NCBI GenBank assembly: GCA_043228905.1
Contig: JBHGNT010000017.1
Span: forward strand, 7,502,001-7,566,000
DNA from: Azolla caroliniana
Lineage: Eukaryota > Plantae > Polypodiophyta
Direction of reading: 5' to 3'
Length of the DNA: 64,000 nucleotides
Each line of letters starts with the position of its first letter. Positions within the stretch are counted from its first letter, which is position 1. The notes beneath the pieces were generated by a model, which saw nothing but the letters and a program-made list of their open reading frames with translations, was not told the origin of the DNA and ran no database searches. This document shows positions 62,599-64,000 of this stretch, piece after piece. The translations under genes and the position numbers were made by a program.

Positions 62599-64000
62599 AT
62601 CAGATAGATCCAGGACTCATCCGCTAGTTTCCGAGTGTATAGACATGGGTCGGAGTTGGACTGGTGGTAGCCAAGCTGCTGAATGTAGGAGTCAAACTTT
62701 TGGTACCACATCCTCGTCGCTTGTTTTAAGTTGTAAAGGCTTTTCTTCAGTCAACATATGAGATGACCTTCCCCCCTCGTAGCCATGAAGCTTCCCGGTT
62801 GAGACATATAGATGTCTTCTTCCAAGCCTCCATGTATGAATGTTGTCTTGACATCTACCTGCTAGAACTCTAGGTCTTTAGTCACCACGACCCCAAATAG
62901 AAGTTGGAGGGTAGTCATCTTAACTACTAGTGAGAATATCTCATCATAGTCGACCCCATGTTCTTATTTGAATCCGTTGGTGATGAGCCAAGCTTTATAT
63001 TTGGGCTTCTCCGAATCGGATACATATTTGTATCTAAAGACCCATTTGTAGGGATGCGGCTTCCTTCCAGCTCCCATGTTTGATTATGATGAATCAAGTC
63101 CATCTCGGATTGCATGGCATGTAGCTTTTGGCATGGTTATAGCTTCTTCAAAAGAGCTTGGTTCATCGTGGTTGATAGAACTCTATTGTCCTTCGAACTT
63201 GTCTGGATCTCCTGGGTGCCGATGAGTTCAGTTCGGATTCTTCCATCATCTCTGTTGGTTGATCGGTATTTCTTGAACCATCTTCAGGATTCCTTTTTAT
63301 GACTCGACCCTGTAGTAGGAGTCCTCCCCTTCTTCAGGATTGATTGATGGATTGGCTACTGTTGGCATAAAAGGCTGACTCCTTCCAATTTGTATCTTAG
63401 TGTGAACACGTCCAAATAGTTAGGGCTTAGTATATAAGCAATAACCTAACATTGTAACATCTTCTTCTTGAGGATGATTGTATTCTGAGTCTTTGTGAGT
63501 CCATTAAAGCTTAAGAACGTGTTCATCTTCTTGTCTTCATTTTTCCTGTGTTGTTTGTTGAGTACTTCTAGACAGGTCCTAATACACACTTCTATGCATA
63601 TCTGCTCTTCAGCTTGGGTGATTTGGTCGTTTCGACTCTGTCTCCTTCACCTCTAGTCAATCTCTTAGTCGAATCTGTTTTGACTGGTGAATCTCTTGCT
63701 GATTCGGATTCAGCAAAGGGATTGTTGGCTTGGTTTTCTTCGACTGTTTGTCGACTTTCCAATTCAACCAAGTGGGTCAGTTCGTCTACGACATCTCTGT
63801 CTATTTTGAAGGAAATCTTTTTGACAACCTTTTTCGGTTGGTTTCGTTCAAAGAGAATTGAGCCGTCATTAAAGATTACATCACTACTCCGGATCAATTT
63901 CCAATTCTTTGGATCCCATAGCCTATAGCCGAATTCCCCATCGGTTCCATAACCGAGGAATATGCACTTAGTTGCATGGGGCACCAACTTGGTCCTTTTC
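62599..64000 (-). mobile_element. Decayed copia IN-RT fragment containing a short LTR-like insert (about 63311-63586)
   Basis: KCIFLGYGTDGEFGYRLWD, MQSEMD..NQTWEL and WYQKFDS. The insert resembles 32005-32090. Confidence 0.8.

Noticed and set aside
63311-63586. Complete solo LTR or TRIM with TSD
   Set aside because: The flanks (GACCC vs CACTT) do not match, so it is kept only as an LTR-like fragment.

Overview
Land-plant nuclear DNA, probably from a non-seed plant such as a fern (inferred from the transposon complement, not proven). Most of the window is nested LTR retrotransposons. These include one intact, very young Ty1/copia (2823-8135), several decayed copias and a near-intact Tcn1-like chromovirus (42736-48440). 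Four further insertions belong to one distinct LTR group with TGTCG...CGACA-type termini and 4-bp TSDs; the two full-length ones have a tRNA-Trp PBS. Two intact spliced host genes sit in the middle: a 4-exon, 141-aa Pro-rich membrane protein (minus strand) and a 12-exon, 601-aa ER protein disulfide isomerase (plus strand). A PPR pseudogene, LINE fragments and a Mutator-like MITE are also present. Three signals stand out. (1) All four insertions of the Trp-PBS group duplicate a 4-mer centred on CpG (one inferred from a one-mismatch TSD). (2) tRNA-derived A-box/B-box modules lie antisense near the U3 edge of LTRs in two unrelated retrotransposon groups. (3) The chromovirus appears to prime reverse transcription on itself (Tf1-like) and to use a GUUAAAC -1 frameshift. 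All coordinates were read by eye and no searches were run.
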